DNA of 41,459 nt, taken from Chiloscyllium plagiosum (lineage: Eukaryota). A program made the translations under genes and the position numbers. The notes under the pieces were generated by a model. It saw only the letters and a list, made by a program, of their open reading frames with translations, made no database searches and was not told where the DNA came from. The DNA is taken from contig NW_025214312.1 in assembly GCF_004010195.1 (NCBI RefSeq), forward strand, positions 1 through 41,459. Direction: 5' to 3'. Numbering within the stretch: the first letter of the stretch is position 1; every line of letters starts with the position of its first letter. Shown here one piece after another: positions 36,155 to 41,459 of this stretch.

Positions 36155-37315
36155 TAACAGAGGACGGTTGCTGAGGTGTCGCAGGGATCAGTGCTTGGGG
36201 CCCAGCTGGTCACATTGCCCTTTAAACATTTGGTTGCTGGAATCAGATACAATATATCCCAGCCTGTTGACAGCACTAACGGATGTGGGATTGTGAGTAG
36301 GTGAGGAGGATGTAAAAAAGCACCGAGAAGACTAAGACAAGTGGAGTGAATGGGTAAATACGTGACAGATGGAGAACAATGTGGATAAAGTTGACGGTGT
36401 GCCCTTTGGTGGAAACGATAAATTGGCAGCCTACCATTTGAAAGGGATTGGTTGAAACATGTTGATTTATAAAGGGACGTATGCTCCTTTTTGTTGTTTC
36501 CTTCTGCATAAACCTCTGAGGGCCCTGCAGCGCAGTGAGTTCTGTAACCAGAAGTCAATACTGGGCATGGCATTGGCACGCTGACTCGTGTACATAAAAA
36601 CAGCAAGTGGCGAGCTATGTAATTGAAAAGGATCTGGATCTCCTTGTACACCAGTCACTGAAAGCAATATTGCAGGAAAGAAAACAGTTAAGAAGATAAA
36701 TGGTGTGCTGACCTTCATTTCAGGGGGATGTGATTCCAGCAGAAAGGGTGTCTTACTGCAGATATACAGGGCCTTGGTGAGACATCATCTCAAACATTGT
36801 GCAGTGTTGTGGACAGTTCTCATCTCCATACCTAATAAATGACAAACCTGACATTGAGAGAGAGCAGTGAAGGATGACCAGACTGATATCTGGGATGGCG
36901 AGCTTGTTGTGGGAGCAGAGTTTGGGGTGACTAGGCCAGTATTCCATGGGGTTTAGGAAAATGGGTGGAGAAATCAGTGAAATGTACAAAAGTCTGACAG
37001 GGTGAGACAGATTGGAAGCAGGGATGATAATTCCCCTGGCTGGGACGTCTAGAACAAGGAGTGACGGTATTAGGTACAGGCAGGTCACTCTGCATGGAGA
37101 TGAGAATAAATGTCTGCACTCACTGACTGGTGAACCTGGGGAATTCTTTCGCACCTGGAAACCAAGACACTGATTATAAATAAGGATTTAGAGACAGTAA
37201 AGGAATTGTGGGAGATTAGGAGTACGGTGTGGAAATGAAGGGCCAACCATCATTACACTAAGTTGGGTAGCAAACTCGATGGACCAAATGTATTACTGTT
37301 CTTCCTATTTTATAG
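36155..37315 (+). mobile_element. Old CR1 3' fragment
   Basis: cagggatcagtgcttggggccccagct (QGSVLGPQL), tacagggccttggtgagac (YRALVR), CR1-like tail at ~37240-37310. Confidence 0.8.
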
Positions 37316-37669
37316 CTTCCCAAGGTTACTCACATTAACGGATATGTATATCGTGTGGGGTAAGTGCATTGCGGAGATTTTTTCCATGAACTAGAATGGG
37401 GGGCACTCAATGTGTTGTATGACCTACTCTTTTCCCGCTGTTTCTGTGCAGTCTGTGGGAAAGCTCTGTAAATGCTGTCGCAAGCTCTCAGATGTTAGGA
37501 AGGAGGTCTCTGCAGGGTCGACAGGACTTTGTTCCCATTCCCTTTTCTGACACTGATGGTGAGGCCGGATGTTCTGTCTGGTTTCATCCTTTCAGACCTC
37601 GGAGTAGTTAGATACAAATGAGTGCCATGATTGACCGTTTCAGAGACAATTGAAATGTTTATCACATGT

Positions 37670-37890
37670 CACTTTTAGGCCAGCCCAGGAAATCATGGGA
37701 GATTCACTTCCTAAAAGTACATTGGCAAAGGAAATTCTGTTTCCAATCGATATTGGCTTCAAGGTCACTGTTATTGACCCCAGATTTTAGATCTCGATAT
37801 TTTATTAATTGCTTTTAACTTCCACTCGCTGCCAGAGTATTAGCCTTGTCGAGATTAGTAATCCAGTGACATTTCCACAGCACCATCTCC
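37670..37890 (-). mobile_element. Old tRNA-derived SINE
   Basis: Minus-strand head ggagatggtgctgtggaaatgtcactggattactaatc. Confidence 0.45.
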
Positions 37891-37894
37891 ACAT

Positions 37895-38710
37895 GGGGAT
37901 CTATCGGAAACCACACTGAACAGGTTATTTCTGTGCTGCTTGACATCTGTGTCAAAAAGAACTCCCACCAATTTGGCTGTCATGATGGGACTGAGGTGAT
38001 AGTAATTGGTCAGTTTGTAATATTTCCCTTCTTAAAGGACGGGACACAGCTGAATAATTTTCCACATTGCCATTGAGATGTCAGGTTTGGAGCTGGAATG
38101 AAACAGCTTCCCCAGGGACATGGCTTGTTGTGCAACACAAGTCTTCAGTCCTATTGCAGGAATGGAGTCAGGGCCCATTGCCTTTGTCGTATCTATTGTG
38201 TTCACCTGTTTCTTCATGTCACGTGCAGCGAATCAAAGTAGTTGAAAATGGTATCTGTGATTCTGTGGGGATCATGATGAGGGTGATTTGTATCATCGAC
38301 TCAACACTTCTGGCAGAAGATGGTGCAGATAAAACATCCTTCTCTTTTACACTGATGTGCAGGTCTGTTCATTATTTAGGATGGGAATGTTTGTGGAGCC
38401 CTCTCCTCCAGTCATTTGTTTAATCGTCCATCACCATTTATGACATGAATGTGACAGGACTGCAGAGCTTCGATCAGATCTGTTGGTCAAGTCCGGTAGC
38501 TTTAATGAGTTGGCATCAAGTTAAAGTTCATGTGATTCTGACTCTGACATGTTCACCCATACTCGTCACTGAGCCATAGATGGTGTTGATGGTAATGACA
38601 GACTGAGGTGTTACCCTGGAAAAAAGTTACAGGTTGTGGTTGAATGCAGGTCTGCTTCTCCTGCTGCTGTGGTCTACAGCACTACATGAATACGCAGCTT
38701 CGAGCTCCAA
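37895..38710 (-). mobile_element. Fragment of the same LINE family as 33470-36152
   Basis: ORF 38032-38217 (DTTKAMGPDSIPAIGLKTC...MWKIIQLCPV). Antisense similarity to ~34340-34900. Confidence 0.8.
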
Positions 38711-39018
38711 TACCTGCAATGCAATTCTGCTGTCTGTTTCCCAATTCCCACTGAGATCCATTCACCCATCACCCCTGCACTCAGTGACCTAACCTGGTTT
38801 CTGATGTGGAAATACTTCCATTTTCAAACTCTCATTCTGCTGAGGGTCTGTCTCCCCAGGTCTTGCTTCCAATCTGACACATGCCGCAAAAGCATTTAAC
38901 TGACCTTAATTCAAATGTTTAATTCACCTGAATCTTTTTCCTTGAGAAATGCCATCTTCTGTGTTTAAAGTGAATGTGTTTCCTCCGTTTCTTTCCCTGA
39001 CCATGATTAAGAGCTCTG

Positions 39019-41459
39019 TAGACAATAGACAATAGGTGCAGGAGTAGGCCATTCTGCCCTTCGAGCCTGCACCACCATTCAATATGATCATGGCTGATCA
39101 TCCTTAATCAGTATCCTGTTCCTGCCTTATTTCCATAACCCTTGATCCCACTATCCCTAAGAGCTCTATCCAACTCTTTCTTAAATGAATCCAGAGACTG
39201 GGCCGCCACTGCCCTCTGGGGCAGAGCATTTCACACAGTCACCACTCTCTGGGTGAAGATGTTTCTCCTCATCTCTGTCCTAAATGGTCTACCCCGTATT
39301 TTTAAGCTGTGTCCTACTTCCAGAGTGTCCAATCCTTTAATAATTTTACATGACTCAATCAGATCCCCTCTCAGTCTTCTAAACTCAAGGGTATACAAGC
39401 CCAGTCGCTCCAGTCTTTCAGCGTAAGGTAGTCCCGCATTCCAGGAATTGACCATGTGAACCTATGCTGCACTCCCTAAATAGCGAGAATGTATTTCCTC
39501 AAATTTGGAGACCAGAACTGCACACAATACTCCAGGTGTGGTCTCACCAGGGCACTGTACAGCTGTAGAAGAACCTCTTTGCTTTTATACTCAATCCCTC
39601 TTGTTATGAAGGCCAGCATACTATTAGCCTTCTTCACTACCTGCTGTACCTGCAAGCTTACCTTCATTAATTGGTGTACAAGAATACCCAGGTCTCTTTG
39701 TACTGCCCCTTTACCTAAATTGATTCCATTTTGGTCATAATCTGCCTTCATGTTCTTGCCACCAAAGTGGATACCCATACATTTATCCAAATTAAACGGC
39801 ATCTGAATTGCATCTGCCCACTCACCTAACCTATCCAGATCACCCTGTAATTTCCCAACATCCTCCTCACATTTCAACCTGCCACCCAGCTTAGTATCAT
39901 GAGCAAATTTGCTAATGTTATTACTAATACCATCTTCTATATCATTAATATATATTGTAAAAAGCTGCGGTCCCAGCACTGATCCCTGCGATACCCATTG
40001 GTCACTGCCTGCCATTCCGATATAGAGCTGTTTATCACTACTCTTTGTTTCCTGTCAGCCAACCAACTTTCAGTCCAAGTTAGTACTTTGCCCCCAATAC
40101 CATGCGCCCTAATTTTGCTCACTATCCTACTATGTGGGACTTTACCAAAAGCTTTCTTAAAGTCCAGGTACACTACATCTACTGGATCTCCCACGTCCAT
40201 CTTCAGAGTTGCATACTTAAAAAATTCCAGAAGATTAGTCAAGCATGACTTCCCCTTCATAAATCCATGCTGACTCTGACCTATGCTGTTACTACTATCC
40301 AGATGTGTCGTAATTTCATCCTTTATAATCGACTCCGGCATCTTTCCCACCACTGATGTCCGACAAACTGGTTTATAATTTCCTGCTTTCTCTCTCCCAC
40401 CTTTCTTAAAAAGGGGTACAACATTAGCCACCCTTCAATCCGCAGGAAATCCCGAATCAATCGAACTCTGGAAAACAATTACCAATGCATCCACGATTTC
40501 CCGAGCCACCTCCTTCAGTACCCGGGTTCTAGACCATCAGGCCCCGTGGACTTATCAACCTTCAGGCCTAACAGTCTCTCCAACACCAATTCCTGGCAAA
40601 TATAAATTCCCTCAAGTTCAGGTCCTTCAGCCACTGTTAGCTCAGGGAGATTGTTTGTGTCTTCCCCAGTGAACACAGATCTGAAGTATCAATTCAATTC
40701 TTCTGCCATTTCTTTGTTCCCCGTTATATATTCCCCTGTTTCTGTCTCCAATTGCCCAATTTTAGTCGTAACCATTTTGTTTTTTGCCTTTCACATACCT
40801 AAAAAAACTTTTACTATCCTACTTTATATTTTTGGCCAGTTAACTTCATACCTCTTTTTTGTCTCTGCATATTTCCTTCTAAGTAATCCTCTGTTGTTCA
40901 GAAAAGCTTCCCAGTCCCCCGTTTTCCCACTTATCTTTGTTGTGTTATACTTTTTCTCTTTTAACTTTATATGTTTCTTAACTTCCCTCGTCAGCCACGG
41001 CCACCCATNNNNNNNNNNNNNNNNNNNNNNNNNNNNNNNNNNNNNNNNNNNNNNNNNNNNNNNNNNNNNNNNNNNNNNNNNNNNNNNNNNNNNNNNNNNN
41101 NNNNNNNNNNNNNNNNNNNNCACAAAGTCTCTTTCTTGAGGTCCAATACCATCCTGATTCTCCCAGTCTACCTGCATGTTGAAATCCCCCATAACAACTG
41201 TAGTAACATCTTTGTGACAGGCCAATTTCAGCTCCTGATTCAACTTAAACCCGACATCCAGACTACTGTTTGGGGGCCTGTAGATAATTCCCAAGAGGGC
41301 CTTTTTTACCATTAGAATTTCTCAGCTCTATCCACACTGACTCTACATCCCCTGATTCTAGGTCCTCCCGCGCAAGGGACTGAATATCATCCCTTACCAA
41401 CGTGGCCACCCCACCCCCTCTGCCCATCAGTCTGTTCATACGATAGCACGTGTAGCCTT
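39019..41459 (-). mobile_element. Relatively young CR1 LINE ORF2 (endonuclease to 3' tail), few frameshifts, runs off the window
   Basis: ORFs 40824-41312 (IIYRPPNS, MGDFN), 39937-40431 (YLDFKKAFGKVPH), 39476-40015 (QGSVLGPQLF, FAHDTKLG) and 39231-39455. Tail (tctattg)2. Confidence 0.96.

Overview
Vertebrate genomic DNA, almost certainly from a cartilaginous fish (shark). The host is inferred from HE1/V-SINE-type SINEs, shark-type CR1 tails and Penelope repeats. The window has four assembly gaps and most of it is decayed, nested transposable elements: many CR1-group LINE fragments, one L1-like LINE, tRNA-derived SINEs, several Penelope-like elements (PLEs), an internally deleted Gmr1-type Gypsy LTR element with a SCAN-like gag, and a PIF/Harbinger transposase relic. 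No intact TE ORF is present, and most ORFs in the supplied track are TE fragments or noise. The only host-gene signal is a probable first coding exon of a GPR139/GPR142-like GPCR (19227-19405, +). It has a +1 frameshift in a T run, and no second exon was found. The most interesting pattern is a set of minimal type I hammerhead ribozyme (HHR) motifs tied to PLEs: a tandem pair 752 nt apart on the minus strand, one behind a GIY-YIG fragment, and three ~210-220-bp fold-back mini-elements with 13-15-bp target-site duplications (TSDs) whose hairpin apex falls at the ribozyme core. All calls were made by eye with no database search, and TE boundaries are approximate.
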